49,620 nucleotides of DNA from Candidatus Bruticola sp. (GTDB taxonomy: Bacteria > Vulcanimicrobiota > Xenobia > Xenobiales > Xenobiaceae). The stretch lies in assembly GCA_051874735.1 (NCBI GenBank), contig JBJEGD010000017.1, forward strand, positions 1 to 49,620. Reading direction: 5' to 3'. Shown piece by piece: positions 19,722-29,994 of the stretch. The translations under genes were made by a program, and so were the position numbers. The first letter of the stretch is position 1, and every line of letters begins with the position of its first letter. The notes below the pieces were generated by a model. It was not told the DNA's origin and ran no database searches. It saw only the letters and a program-made list of their open reading frames with translations.

Positions 19722-20930
19722 ATGTCTATCAACGCTACTGATTTGTTTCTGCTGATTTTTACTTTGGGAACTCTAGCTTCTTGCGCTTATTTAGTAATTA
19801 CTATAGTAGTTTGTTATCAATTTAAGGAAAATCGCCGTCAAGCTAGAGAGGGCGTCAGTCGTGTGGAAACTTCAGCTCAGCTACCTGCTATTGCTCAAAT
19901 TAAGCCTTTACATACTGCGCCTGAAGATACGGAAATCGATTGTTTGAAAAGCTTTGTTAACCAAGAATACGCGTATAATAAAGTAATTTTTGCTCTAAAT
20001 AATATTCACAATGAAGATAATCGTTATGAAGTTGAACAAAAGCTGCTGTCTTTAGGCTCAGATATTGAGATCTCTTGGGGTAGTGTTGAAGCTTTAAATA
20101 ATAAGATTGCTGTGTGTCTTAAGGCAGAAGAAAAAGCTGAGGGCGATTTAATTGTTCTTTCCGATGCAGATATGATAGCTCCGCCTAGGCTTTTAAACGA
20201 CATCGTTAACTTAGTAAATTCGGAAGAAGTGGGGTTAGTAACTTTTTTATATACGGTGAAAAATATGCCTAGTTTGGGGGCACTTTACGAAGGAGCTTCA
20301 GTTAACGATTTCTGCGCTTCAGTTTTAGTAGCTCGCCTGGTAGAAGGGGTTAATTTCGCTTTAGGAGCTGTTATGGCTGTTAAAAAAGAAGTTCTCCACA
20401 ATATTGGCGGTTTACAAGCGGTTAAAGATTATTTAGCTGATGATTATCAGTTGGGCTTCCGTACCGCTCAGAGCGGCAAACGTATTGTGTTAGCTAATGA
20501 GGTTGTGGAAGATGTAGTGGGGCCCATCTCCTTCACTGAGTATTTTTCTCATCAACTGCGTTGGATGCGCACTTACCGAGTGTCACGTCCAGGTGGTTTT
20601 TGGGCTTTCTTAATTACTCAAGGATTATTCTGGAGTTTCATGCTTATTTTCACCTCTGTGGTTGCTGCGCCTGAAGCTGCGGTGGGAACGGGGGCTTTAG
20701 TCGGACTGTGGGCAGTTCTGCGCTTCGTCAGCTTTGCTTACAACTGGGGAGTCTTTTCGGAACACTACGATCGTTTCTTTGATAAAAAATATCTGTTGGT
20801 TCCTTACATAAAGGATTTTATTTATCTCGTCTTGTGGGGGCTGGCTTGGATGGGCGATACCGTAGAGTGGGGAGGTAAAAAATTTTCAGTCAAGCCAGAC
20901 GGTACTTTAAAACCGGTTAATCGGCTTTAA
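19722..20930 (+). CDS. hpnI: GT2/ceramide-glucosyltransferase-like hopanoid glycosyltransferase
   Basis: KPL, N.KI, SDAD, YLADDYQLG, QLRW motifs; terminal TM segments; hpn context. Confidence 0.82.
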   Translation: MSINATDLFLLIFTLGTLASCAYLVITIVVCYQFKENRRQAREGVSRVETSAQLPAIAQIKPLHTAPEDTEIDCLKSFVNQEYAYNKVIFALNNIHNEDNRYEVEQKLLSLGSDIEISWGSVEALNNKIAVCLKAEEKAEGDLIVLSDADMIAPPRLLNDIVNLVNSEEVGLVTFLYTVKNMPSLGALYEGASVNDFCASVLVARLVEGVNFALGAVMAVKKEVLHNIGGLQAVKDYLADDYQLGFRTAQSGKRIVLANEVVEDVVGPISFTEYFSHQLRWMRTYRVSRPGGFWAFLITQGLFWSFMLIFTSVVAAPEAAVGTGALVGLWAVLRFVSFAYNWGVFSEHYDRFFDKKYLLVPYIKDFIYLVLWGLAWMGDTVEWGGKKFSVKPDGTLKPVNRL

Positions 20931-20959
20931 ACTGCTAATATCTATTGAAAAGAGAAAAA

Positions 20960-21003
20960 ATAAATAAAGCAGCCGACCTTCTGGGATGACTGCTTTATTT
21001 TAT
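20960..21003. terminator. Bidirectional terminator between hpnI and the methyltransferase
   Basis: aaataaagcag...ctgctttattt inverted repeat. Confidence 0.7.
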
Positions 21004-21021
21004 TGAATATAAAATAATTAC

Positions 21022-21675
21022 TTATTTTTTGTCTTGGTGCTTGACTTCATAGAACCATACGTCTTCGTAGCCCCAGCTGAAAAGCAGATGATCTGCGCCA
21101 ATTAAGTTTAGATCGGGATGGCGCTGTTCCTGACCAGCTGAAACCCACCGTACTCCGTTAGGCAGCTCTTCTACTCGATCTAGAAGCAAAGAACGGGTCA
21201 TTTCTGACCAGGTAGTACAGGCGGTAAAAATAACACTGACTCCATTGAGATCGCATTCTAAAAAGTCGTCGTTGAGGAATTGCACCTGATTATTTAAGCC
21301 TATGTTTCTGGCTATGCGGTTACACAGTATGTTGTAACTTGGTAACAGCTCAATACCAACAGCTTGGCAATGGCAAGCTAGAGCAGCTAAGAAAACCATT
21401 TTTCCACGACCGGATCCCAGATCGATAAAAAGATCGCTTTCAGTTACTTTAGCTTTTTGCAAGATAGTCAGGCCGGTCTGATAAGGTGTGTCACCGAAGC
21501 GAAAATCTTCGTCGGGGCGATCTATAAGACGGCGTTGCAGCCAAATATCAAAACCGGGCAGGCGGAACAAATAGTAAAAACACAACAGCAGTTCCACCTG
21601 CCAAAGTTTTTTGACTCTAAATAACACCGGCCACTCGCGAAAGCACAAGGTTAAAACGTCAAAAAATTCTTTCAT
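21022..21675 (-). CDS. Class I SAM-dependent methyltransferase (DOT1-like)
   Basis: FGDTP, FIDLGSGRGK, GIEL, DFL motifs. Confidence 0.85.
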   Translation of the reverse strand: MKEFFDVLTLCFREWPVLFRVKKLWQVELLLCFYYLFRLPGFDIWLQRRLIDRPDEDFRFGDTPYQTGLTILQKAKVTESDLFIDLGSGRGKMVFLAALACHCQAVGIELLPSYNILCNRIARNIGLNNQVQFLNDDFLECDLNGVSVIFTACTTWSEMTRSLLLDRVEELPNGVRWVSAGQEQRHPDLNLIGADHLLFSWGYEDVWFYEVKHQDKK

Positions 21676-21707
21676 TTTTAAGCTCTGCAGCTATTCTGAC
21701 GATTACT

Positions 21708-22739
21708 TTAACCGGAAAACTGCCAAGCAGCTAATTTGAGAATATCTTTAGGCGAAGTCATAGCCTGCTCAACGGCCTTTTGCTCGAAGCCTGAATGCAT
21801 ACGACAGTTAGCACAGCGAGCGTCGATATGTTTTTCCCAATAATCCCAATCAACGCTATTCCAGAAAGTTTTAAAATCGGGATAGTACTCAGTCGAGTCG
21901 ATCAAATAACAGGGAGCTTTCCAGCCATGAGGAGTATAGTTAACTGTAGAGTAAGGGGCGCAAGTAAGCTGGCGCTCGCCGGCACAGAACTCTAGGAAAG
22001 CTGGAGTTGACGTAATTTTATATTTATGGGCAAATTCTTTAATGCGTTTAAATTTATTGGAAGTATCCTGAGCTGTTAAGAAAACATTTTCATGAACATT
22101 TTCAAATTGATAGCCAGGAGTAATTAAAATGCCGTCAATATGCAGCTCAGTCAGCAACTTGCAGAGTTCTTCCAGCTCATCAACGTCAGTCTCTTTATAA
22201 ACTGTACAGTTTACAATAGTAAGATAACCGCGCTGTTTGCTTTCACGAATCATCGCAATTGAGCGCTTCCACGTGCCGGGACGGTTGGTTACGTAGTCAT
22301 GAGTCTTTTCCATGCCGTCCAAATGAACATTAACGAAAATATGGCGATCAGGTGGCACAATACCGAAGAATTTAGTATCGAGCAGCTGAGCATTAGTGCA
22401 AAGAATTATGTATTTCCCCCTAGCTATCAGCTGACTTAGTAGTTCCGGCAGCTCCGGGTAAAGCATGGGCTCGCCGCCACATACAGAAACGATAGGAACT
22501 TTAGATTCTTCCACAGCCTGAAGGCACTGAGAGACACTTAAACGATCAGCTAATTTGCCAGTATGGCGCTCAGGCGTGCAGCCTCGGCAGCATAAATTGC
22601 AAGTATATAGAGGCTCAAGCATACAAACAGTAGGATAGCGCCCCTGACGTTTCATTTTGGCCTGATACAAAGCCTGAGTGAGAGTAAAATCGAATGGATA
22701 ACGCATAACAGGGCCAATTTTCTGCCATTTCAAGCGCAA
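21708..22739 (-). CDS. hpnH: Adenosylhopane synthase (radical SAM); start probably ATG 22706
   Basis: YP.V.MLEPLYTCNL.C.GC, VS..GGEP, LCTNA, VHLDG, GW..PCY, RCANC.MHSGFE. Confidence 0.9.
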   Translation of the reverse strand: MRLKWQKIGPVMRYPFDFTLTQALYQAKMKRQGRYPTVCMLEPLYTCNLCCRGCTPERHTGKLADRLSVSQCLQAVEESKVPIVSVCGGEPMLYPELPELLSQLIARGKYIILCTNAQLLDTKFFGIVPPDRHIFVNVHLDGMEKTHDYVTNRPGTWKRSIAMIRESKQRGYLTIVNCTVYKETDVDELEELCKLLTELHIDGILITPGYQFENVHENVFLTAQDTSNKFKRIKEFAHKYKITSTPAFLEFCAGERQLTCAPYSTVNYTPHGWKAPCYLIDSTEYYPDFKTFWNSVDWDYWEKHIDARCANCRMHSGFEQKAVEQAMTSPKDILKLAAWQFSG

Positions 22740-23433
22740 TCCTGCCTTATTAGCCAGTCGACAGATTGGAACAAAACTTGTCTAAAAGAACTTAAAATTT
22801 AAGTGCTCAGGTTCCGCTTAACCAAAAAAGTTTGCTGTCAAAATCAGAAAAAATTACATATAGCATTATATACAACAATGCAATAGAGATAGAAAATTTG
22901 CAATTTTATCTATGATAATGCATATAAAAAAATATAATTGTGTATAACTGTATAATATGAAGAGTGTTTTTATAATATTTTTGTAAAAAAAACTTTAACT
23001 TTTTTTATAAAAATATTGATTTTAATTTGTTTTTATGTGAACATTTAATCAGTCGCATGAGGAAAATATCTGTGCCAAGATTTTCACTGGTCTAATGTCG
23101 TTTTTTTATCTTATAACTCTTGGTCCAGATTGAACCTGATGGGTCACAAAGTGTAAATGGGATTGTGCAGGTCATTATTTTTTAGCTAAGTTAGCAAAAA
23201 TGTAATGTTTTTGGAAAACAACTGAAGAACTGAAGCTTAGTTCTGTTCCTTGATATATTTCAACTGAGGAGCAGTAATGCAGATAAGTTCAATTTACAAG
23301 GAGCTAATTAAGTTTTCAGGGTTTGCTAGTCCCAGCCGTTGCAGAGTTATCTTTCCGCTATTCTCAATGTGTAGTCGGACTTTTAACTTGCAGATATTTA
23401 TGAAAACGGAAAGATTATTCTTTGGAGGATAAT

Positions 23434-23757
23434 ATGAATAATAACTCACCCCAGGATGACAAGAGAAAAAAAGTTGGCAAAAGCGAAATTGTAGCTGATT
23501 TTGCTGCTGAAGCAAAGATCAATAAAAAAGAGGCCGCCGAGATGCTTCAGATTCTTCTGAAAGTTATCGTCAATCGCCTTAAAAATGGAGAAAATGTGCG
23601 TTTGATTCCTTTCGGTGCTTTTGAAATTCGCGATCGTAAAGAGCGCAAAGGTCGCCGTCCCGGTTTAGCTAGCGGGGAAGGACAGGAGATTACTATTCCG
23701 GCTAGGAGAGTGCCTGTGTTCCGTCCCGGTAAGGAACTAAAAGAAGCTGTAAAGTAG
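23434..23757 (+). CDS. hup: HU family DNA-binding protein
   Basis: L..FG.FE...RKER.GR.P..GQEITIPA..VP.FRPGK.LKEAV; GGAGG RBS before ATG 23434. Confidence 0.92.
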   Translation: MNNNSPQDDKRKKVGKSEIVADFAAEAKINKKEAAEMLQILLKVIVNRLKNGENVRLIPFGAFEIRDRKERKGRRPGLASGEGQEITIPARRVPVFRPGKELKEAVK

Positions 23758-23821
23758 AATTGTATACCAGTTTGAACTTAGCTTTTGTTGATTCGTTAAA
23801 CTATACGGCTTAGTTCAACTA

Positions 23822-23870
23822 GCGACAGATGCGTGTCAAGCTAAAATGGCTGCACGATCTGTCGCCTTTT
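23822..23870 (+). terminator. Intrinsic terminator after HU
   Basis: gcgacagat...atctgtcgc followed by a T-run. Confidence 0.65.
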
Positions 23871-23927
23871 TGTATATTGAATGACTATCAATAAATATCG
23901 GCAAAAAGGGCACAAATTTAGTTAAGC

Positions 23928-23956
23928 TTGCAAAAAAATCTTAGTTAAGGTAAAGT
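23928..23956 (+). promoter_or_regulatory. Putative sigma70 promoter for lepA
   Basis: TTGCAA-17 bp-TAAAGT. Confidence 0.4.
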
Positions 23957-24044
23957 TTCCATTTGCAGCAGCTGCAGCTGATTTGGACAATTTTGGCATT
24001 AATCGGCTGTTATTTTATATGTACAGAGCATAAGAAACTCAATT

Positions 24045-25847
24045 ATGGATCAAAGTCACGTTAGAAACTTTTGTATCATTGCCCATATCGATCATGGAAA
24101 ATCTACTTTAGCCGATCGCATTTTAGAGAGGACTAATGCCATCGATAAACGTGAAATGATGGATCAAGTTCTCGATTCCATGGATTTAGAACGCGAGCGC
24201 GGCATTACTATCAAATCACATCCGGTAACACTCTATTACACAGCCGCTGATGGCGAGCTTTATCAGCTGAATTTGCTAGATACGCCTGGTCACGTAGACT
24301 TTACATATGAAGTTTCTCGTTCATTAGCCGCCTGCGAAGGAGCCTTGTTAGTTGTAGATGCATCTCAAGGTGTAGAAGCTCAGACTCTGGCTAATTATCA
24401 GATGGCGTTAGATCAGGGATTAGAAGTAGTTCCGGTAATTAACAAAATAGATTTACCTTCTGCTGATCCTGAGCGCGTTATTCATGAAATAGAGGAAGTG
24501 TTGGCTTTACCTGCTTCCGACGCCTGTTTAGTTTCGGCCAAGCAGAATTTGGGCATTGATAACCTCATGGAAGCTATTGTCAAGCAGATTCCTGCACCGG
24601 GAGGTAGTCTTAACGAACCGCTGCGAGCACTGATTTTTGATTCCCGGTACGATAAGTATCGCGGAGTAGTTCCTTTTTTTCGAGTAGTAGACGGACAGGT
24701 GCGCAAAGGGGATATTGTGCGCATGATGAGCACTGGCAAAGAATACCAGGTTGATGAAGTCGGTATCTTTACGCCTGGCCCCCGTCCAACTGAAGTTTTA
24801 AAAGCTGGCGACGTCGGCTATCTAGTTGCCCAGATACGCAATATTGAAGAGACTAGAGTTGGCGACACGCTCACTCTGGCTAAGGGAGGAGCTGAAGAGC
24901 CTCTGCCCGGTTACCGTCCAGCTGTGCCTATGGTGTACAGCGGACTTTATCCTATTGATCCCCTCGATTACAACAATTTACGGGACGCTCTTTCCAAGCT
25001 AAAACTTAACGATGCTGCTTTAGTATGGGAGCCGGAAACTTCTGTCGCTTTAGGTTTCGGTTATCGATGCGGTTTCTTAGGGCTGCTCCATATGGAGATA
25101 GTTCAGGAGCGCTTGGAACGTGAGTTCGATCTAGATTTGATTGCTACCGCTCCCAGTGTTATTTACACTATTCGCGGCAAAGACGGCGTAGCTAAGCTTA
25201 TTCAAAATCCTTCCGATTTCCCAGCCGGCGAACAGCAGCTCACTATCGATGAGCCTATTGTCCTGGCTACTATTATCGTTCCTGAAGATTATGTGGGGCC
25301 GATTATGGAGCTCTGTCAGGGCAGGCGCGGAATATTTATCGATATGGAATATCCTTCTCCTGGACGGGCCATGATTCATTATGAACTGCCGCTTTCAGAA
25401 ATTATTACCGATTTCTTTGATCAGCTGAAGTCTAGAACACGCGGTTACGCATCTTTTGATTATGAGCTCTGCGGCAGTCGTCAATCCGATTTAGTGCGCT
25501 TAGATATTTTGGTCAACGGTCAGAAAGTAGACGCCCTTTCTATTATTGTACACCGCGATCGGGCCTACGCTGCTGGGCGCGATTTGGCTGAACGTCTAAA
25601 AGAAGTTATTCCTCGTCAAATGTTTGAAGTTCCCATTCAAGCTTGCTTAGGAGGCAAAATTTTAGCCCGCGAAACTGTCAAGGCGATGCGCAAAAATGTT
25701 TTAGCTAAATGCTACGGCGGAGACATTACCCGCAAACGCAAATTGCTAGAAAAACAGAAAGAAGGCAAGAAGCGCATGAAGCGTATAGGCAACGTAGACA
25801 TACCGCAGGAAGCCTTCTTAGCTGTGCTCAAAAAGGATGACGAATAG
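24045..25847 (+). CDS. lepA: Translation elongation factor 4
   Basis: [55 protein letters not shown]. Confidence 0.99.
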   Translation: MDQSHVRNFCIIAHIDHGKSTLADRILERTNAIDKREMMDQVLDSMDLERERGITIKSHPVTLYYTAADGELYQLNLLDTPGHVDFTYEVSRSLAACEGALLVVDASQGVEAQTLANYQMALDQGLEVVPVINKIDLPSADPERVIHEIEEVLALPASDACLVSAKQNLGIDNLMEAIVKQIPAPGGSLNEPLRALIFDSRYDKYRGVVPFFRVVDGQVRKGDIVRMMSTGKEYQVDEVGIFTPGPRPTEVLKAGDVGYLVAQIRNIEETRVGDTLTLAKGGAEEPLPGYRPAVPMVYSGLYPIDPLDYNNLRDALSKLKLNDAALVWEPETSVALGFGYRCGFLGLLHMEIVQERLEREFDLDLIATAPSVIYTIRGKDGVAKLIQNPSDFPAGEQQLTIDEPIVLATIIVPEDYVGPIMELCQGRRGIFIDMEYPSPGRAMIHYELPLSEIITDFFDQLKSRTRGYASFDYELCGSRQSDLVRLDILVNGQKVDALSIIVHRDRAYAAGRDLAERLKEVIPRQMFEVPIQACLGGKILARETVKAMRKNVLAKCYGGDITRKRKLLEKQKEGKKRMKRIGNVDIPQEAFLAVLKKDDE

Positions 25848-25944
25848 TTAAGCAAAAATTTCTTTCTAAGTTATAGCTATTTAAATAGCCATTTTTATCC
25901 GGCGTTTATTTAGTTCCGTATAAATTGGGAGGGTAGAACGTAGC

Positions 25945-26445
25945 ATGAGTTTGAGTCAAATAGAGCAGGCTATTCAGTCTTATCTTCAAAGCGAAGAGTT
26001 AGAGTATGCCCTGGAAGATAGCGACGAGGGAGGAAGCATCTTCTTTTTCCGGGTCAGCACTCCCATGAAATTTGCGCCTGAGCTTTTTTATAATTTTATA
26101 GCCGATCATGATTCTTTCTATGTTTATGCTTCTTACCCTGAACCTGCTGATAAGTGTCTGATCGAGATGGCTCAGTTTCTAACTATAGTAAATTTCGGAC
26201 TAAAATTCGGCAATTTTGAGCTCGACTTAGAAAGCGGCGAGATTCGCTATAAGTCGTTTGTACAGTTGGAGGAAGGAGCCGTTCCCTCTTACCAGCTGAT
26301 TGAACTATCTTTTAATTTAACTTTATCTATGTTTGATAAATATGGACCCGGCATAGCTGCTATTTTATCTGGAGATTTAACCCCTAGAGAAGCGGCGGCG
26401 CTCTGTGAACAACAGGACGGTGAGGGAAATTTTGTCATGGGATAA
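25945..26445 (+). CDS. YbjN-like (T3SS chaperone fold) protein
   Basis: FLT.VN.GL..GNFELD...GEIRY pattern; acidic; GGGAGG RBS. Confidence 0.7.
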   Translation: MSLSQIEQAIQSYLQSEELEYALEDSDEGGSIFFFRVSTPMKFAPELFYNFIADHDSFYVYASYPEPADKCLIEMAQFLTIVNFGLKFGNFELDLESGEIRYKSFVQLEEGAVPSYQLIELSFNLTLSMFDKYGPGIAAILSGDLTPREAAALCEQQDGEGNFVMG

Positions 26446-26581
26446 AGTTAGCGCTTCTAAATGAACTTTCATATTTGATATACAATATTAAAGCTCATTT
26501 AGATAAATTGTGTTTTGAGTTAGGCTATGTTAGGATCCCATGTAATATAATCATGCTGAGGTAATAAAGCGGAGGACTACC

Positions 26582-27166
26582 ATGACTAATAAATTAGAAA
26601 AACCTTTTCAAGATATTAAAGATTTCCTTGAAGTAAGTAGAGAAGAGTTTAGTTTCGATGAAGAGAGCTTAATCTTTTCTTTCAAAAAACAGCTGACCGA
26701 CGAGAAGCGCAGTACAGTAGATATTTCTTTCTTCGTCAGTGAGTGTAGCGTAACTTTACAGGCTGTTTCCGCTTTAGATATAGATAAAAGCAAGCTAGCC
26801 GCCCTAAGTGAATTTATTATAAGAGCTAATAGCGATATTGAAATAGGAAATTTCGATCTCGATTTAGCCGCAGAAAAACCATTTTTAAGCTTTAAAGTGA
26901 ACATTTTACTCGGTATCGATGAAAATGTAGATGAAGAGTATCTCGATTTAGCCCTTCAAGTGGCGGTCGGCACTATGAGCAGCTACTGGGTAGGCTTACT
27001 TGGCGTTCTAGATGATAACCTCGAACCTGCCAAAGCTCTCGATCTTTGCTACAATGACGACGAAGATGACGAGTGTGATGGTGACTGCTGCTGCTGCGGT
27101 CATATCCACGATTGTTCGGATGGTGCAGAAGAGGAAGAAAACGGCGCAGGTACCGCTGAGAAATAG
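26582..27166 (+). CDS. YbjN-like protein with acidic Cys/His-rich tail
   Basis: EFI.RAN....GNFDLD pattern; tail DECDGDCCCCGHIHDC; GGAGG RBS. Confidence 0.68.
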   Translation: MTNKLEKPFQDIKDFLEVSREEFSFDEESLIFSFKKQLTDEKRSTVDISFFVSECSVTLQAVSALDIDKSKLAALSEFIIRANSDIEIGNFDLDLAAEKPFLSFKVNILLGIDENVDEEYLDLALQVAVGTMSSYWVGLLGVLDDNLEPAKALDLCYNDDEDDECDGDCCCCGHIHDCSDGAEEEENGAGTAEK

Positions 27167-27214
27167 GAAAATTTCTAAAAATAAATAGGAAAGATAATTT
27201 ATTCCTTTTCTTAT

Positions 27215-27268
27215 AATCCTGGCTAGTTAGCTTTTAGATTGCTAGAAGCGATCGGCTAGGATTTTTTC
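27215..27268 (+). terminator. Intrinsic terminator
   Basis: aatcctggct...ggctaggatt followed by a T-run. Confidence 0.55.
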
Positions 27269-27488
27269 TGATATTTAAACAGAATTTTAGTAAAAAAATA
27301 AGCTGAACATTTTAGCTATTCCTTTGATATTGTTTATTTATATACACAAATAACCATATTAATTGTGTATATAAAGGTTACTTAAGATGGATCCTGAGGC
27401 GATTTGTCCCATTTTTGTTAATATTTGGACTATTACGCATAAAATTTGAAAATACAAGTATTTTATAAAGGGGAAAATCTGCTGCCCA

Positions 27489-28808
27489 TTGAGAAGAGGC
27501 GGCCCCATGTGTAGTAGTGATCAGACTATGTTTGGCGTTAACAAAGTGCAATTTGTCATGCTGTCTTTTGAAGGCCCTGACCTGTTTGCCATGGCTGGCG
27601 GACTAGGAATAAGAGCTCAGGAACTTTGCGGCTGCCTAGCTTCTATGGGATATTCTACCCATCTTTACTTTATTGGTGATCCTGATTTGCCTGCTGAAGA
27701 GAATCGAGATCGTCTTGTTTTACACCGCTGGTGTCAGTGGATTAGTGCCGCCAATCCTGGCGGCTGTTATGTAAATGAGGAAGATAAAGTAAGGGATTTC
27801 GCCTCGTCTATACCGTCTGCTTTAGTTGAGCAGATTATTGCTCCAGCTGCCAGTCAAGGGATTACCACAGTTGTTTTAGCTGAAGAATGGCAGACTATTC
27901 CCGCTGTAATTAATTTAAGTGAGTTAGTTAAGAAGCGCAACTTGCAAAATCGGACAGTTATTTTGTGGAATACTAACAATCTGTACGGCTTTGAAGGCAT
28001 AGATTGGAATAAACTACAGGATTCCTGTTTCATAACTACGGTAAGCCGTTATATGAAGCACCGTATGTGGATTTTGGGGGTAAATCCTATTGTTGTACAT
28101 AATGGCATACCAGGCCGTCTACTGCATACTCCTATAGAGCAGCGTAATATAGAAAAATTGCGCGCTATTTTCCCCGATCCGCTGCTCATTAAAGTGGGTC
28201 GTTACGATACTGATAAGCGCTGGGTAATGGCTATACAAGCGGTGGCGGCTATGAAGCGGCAAGGATTGAAGCCTACCTTGATCGCTCGAGGTGGCAAAGA
28301 GCCTCATCGTCACGAAGTAAAACGCCAGGCCGAGCTCAATGGTCTTACTTGGAAAGAGATTCATTTACCGGCTAAAGCAGCAGCTGATAATATTTTAGCT
28401 GAATTAGAATGCTATAAAGACTACGATATTTTAGAGCTCTGTTTCTATGTATCTGAAGATTTTATTAATGTGCTTTACGCCGGATCAGACTGTGTCTTAG
28501 CTAATTCCGGTCATGAACCGTTCGGTTTAGTCGGCTTAGAGGTTATGGCTTGTGGAGGTTTAGCATTCGTAGGCTCAACGGGGGAAGATTACGCTCAGAC
28601 CCTCGTTAACAGTGCTGTAGTTGAAACCGAAGATCCTTTGGAGATAGTAGAATATGCCCGTACTTTGATGTGCGACAAGAGTCTTAATCAAAGTTTGAGG
28701 GAAGAAGGGCGTCGAACCGCCGCCTGTTATACTTGGGAGCGTATTTTGCGCGATCTTTTCCAAAAGATTCGTTTTATGAGTGTTTCTCGTGGAATTATTC
28801 TCGATTAG
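27489..28808 (+). CDS. GT-B glycosyltransferase, family 4; start possibly ATG 27507
   Basis: AGGLG, TTVSRYM, NGIP, EPFGLVGLE (EX7E) motifs. Confidence 0.88.
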   Translation: MRRGGPMCSSDQTMFGVNKVQFVMLSFEGPDLFAMAGGLGIRAQELCGCLASMGYSTHLYFIGDPDLPAEENRDRLVLHRWCQWISAANPGGCYVNEEDKVRDFASSIPSALVEQIIAPAASQGITTVVLAEEWQTIPAVINLSELVKKRNLQNRTVILWNTNNLYGFEGIDWNKLQDSCFITTVSRYMKHRMWILGVNPIVVHNGIPGRLLHTPIEQRNIEKLRAIFPDPLLIKVGRYDTDKRWVMAIQAVAAMKRQGLKPTLIARGGKEPHRHEVKRQAELNGLTWKEIHLPAKAAADNILAELECYKDYDILELCFYVSEDFINVLYAGSDCVLANSGHEPFGLVGLEVMACGGLAFVGSTGEDYAQTLVNSAVVETEDPLEIVEYARTLMCDKSLNQSLREEGRRTAACYTWERILRDLFQKIRFMSVSRGIILD

Positions 28809-28829
28809 GTAAAGCAAAAGTAAAAAAAT

Positions 28830-29798
28830 TTGTTCGAGGTCAAGACGGTGTTGGCAGCCGAAAGTTCACTTGTAGATTCCAGCCCAAATAGCCCAAATCT
28901 CCAGTCCGAATTATCCGACACTACTGAGCGGACGACAGAGAGAAAAGCGGTTAAAATGGAAGTTAAAGCGGGCGTTTTATATCTGGTAGCAGTTCCTATA
29001 GGCAATTTAGGTGATTTTACCTTCAGATCTTGGCATGTGCTGGAAGAAGTCGATTATATAGCTTGTGAGGAAGTGCAGTCAGCACGTCGTCTTTTGCAGT
29101 CGCACCAAATAAAAGCGAAACTTATTTCCTATCGAGAATCGGGTCGTGATCTGTCTGGTGACAAAATTGTGCAACTTTTGCAAAACGGCGCTAAAGTGGC
29201 TGTAATCTCTGGAGCCGGTACGCCAGCTGTATCTGATCCTGGACGCGATTTGGTGCTGAAGTGTCATCAAGTTGGCCTGACAGTTTCACCTATTCCTGGT
29301 GCCAGTGCTCTAACAGCCGCTGTTTCTGCTGCCGGCATGCCTCTGCGTCGGTTTGCTTTTGAAGGTTTTTTGCCGCGCAGCAGCAGCGAGTGCCATCAGT
29401 TTTTAGAAAAACTGTCCTCTGAGGAGCGAACTATGATCTTCTTTGAAGCTCCTCATCGCCTTAAGGAAACCCTACAGCTTATGTTTGAAGTTTGGGGCAA
29501 CAGAGCGGCTTTTATTGGACGGGAACTGACTAAATACTTTGAAGAATGTTTACAAAGCAGCTTAGAAGAACTTTGCGCTAAATATAAAATAGGGGAACCT
29601 AAAGGAGAGTTTGTTATCATTGTTGAGGGAAGCAAGCGCGATGAATTAGAAGAAGAGAAGCTTTTGAATCAGTTGGTCGCTGAAGATCTTGATTTTTTAA
29701 ATAATTTGGGTGTCTCTAAGCGCGATCAAGCTTCTATTTTAGTTCGCTTTCGGGGAATTCCTAAAAATAAAGCCAAACGTGCCGTTATGGGCTCCTAG
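28830..29798 (+). CDS. rsmI: 16S rRNA (C1402) 2'-O-methyltransferase; start probably ATG 28956
   Basis: LYLVA.PIGNL.D, AG.P.VSDPG, IPGASA, FEGFLP, FEAPHRL, RELTK.FEE, KGEFV. Confidence 0.95.
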   Translation: MFEVKTVLAAESSLVDSSPNSPNLQSELSDTTERTTERKAVKMEVKAGVLYLVAVPIGNLGDFTFRSWHVLEEVDYIACEEVQSARRLLQSHQIKAKLISYRESGRDLSGDKIVQLLQNGAKVAVISGAGTPAVSDPGRDLVLKCHQVGLTVSPIPGASALTAAVSAAGMPLRRFAFEGFLPRSSSECHQFLEKLSSEERTMIFFEAPHRLKETLQLMFEVWGNRAAFIGRELTKYFEECLQSSLEELCAKYKIGEPKGEFVIIVEGSKRDELEEEKLLNQLVAEDLDFLNNLGVSKRDQASILVRFRGIPKNKAKRAVMGS

Positions 29799-29994
29799 TT
29801 AAGTGACTGTAAAGATAAATTGACTTTTTATTGAATCTATACTTACTTTGAGGTAAATATAGATAGGTGTGTTGGAGCTGTGGCTGGGGGTATTTTAAAA
29901 TAGGCAAAAATGGCAGCTTTTCTGCATTAACTATGTACAAAATGCAGCAGATATATTATAATGTCCTTCCAACTTTAAAAAAAGGAGCCGTGTC

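Noticed and set aside
23294-23515. 73-aa minus-strand ORF near HU
   Set aside because: Overlaps the HU start antisense and has no coding signal
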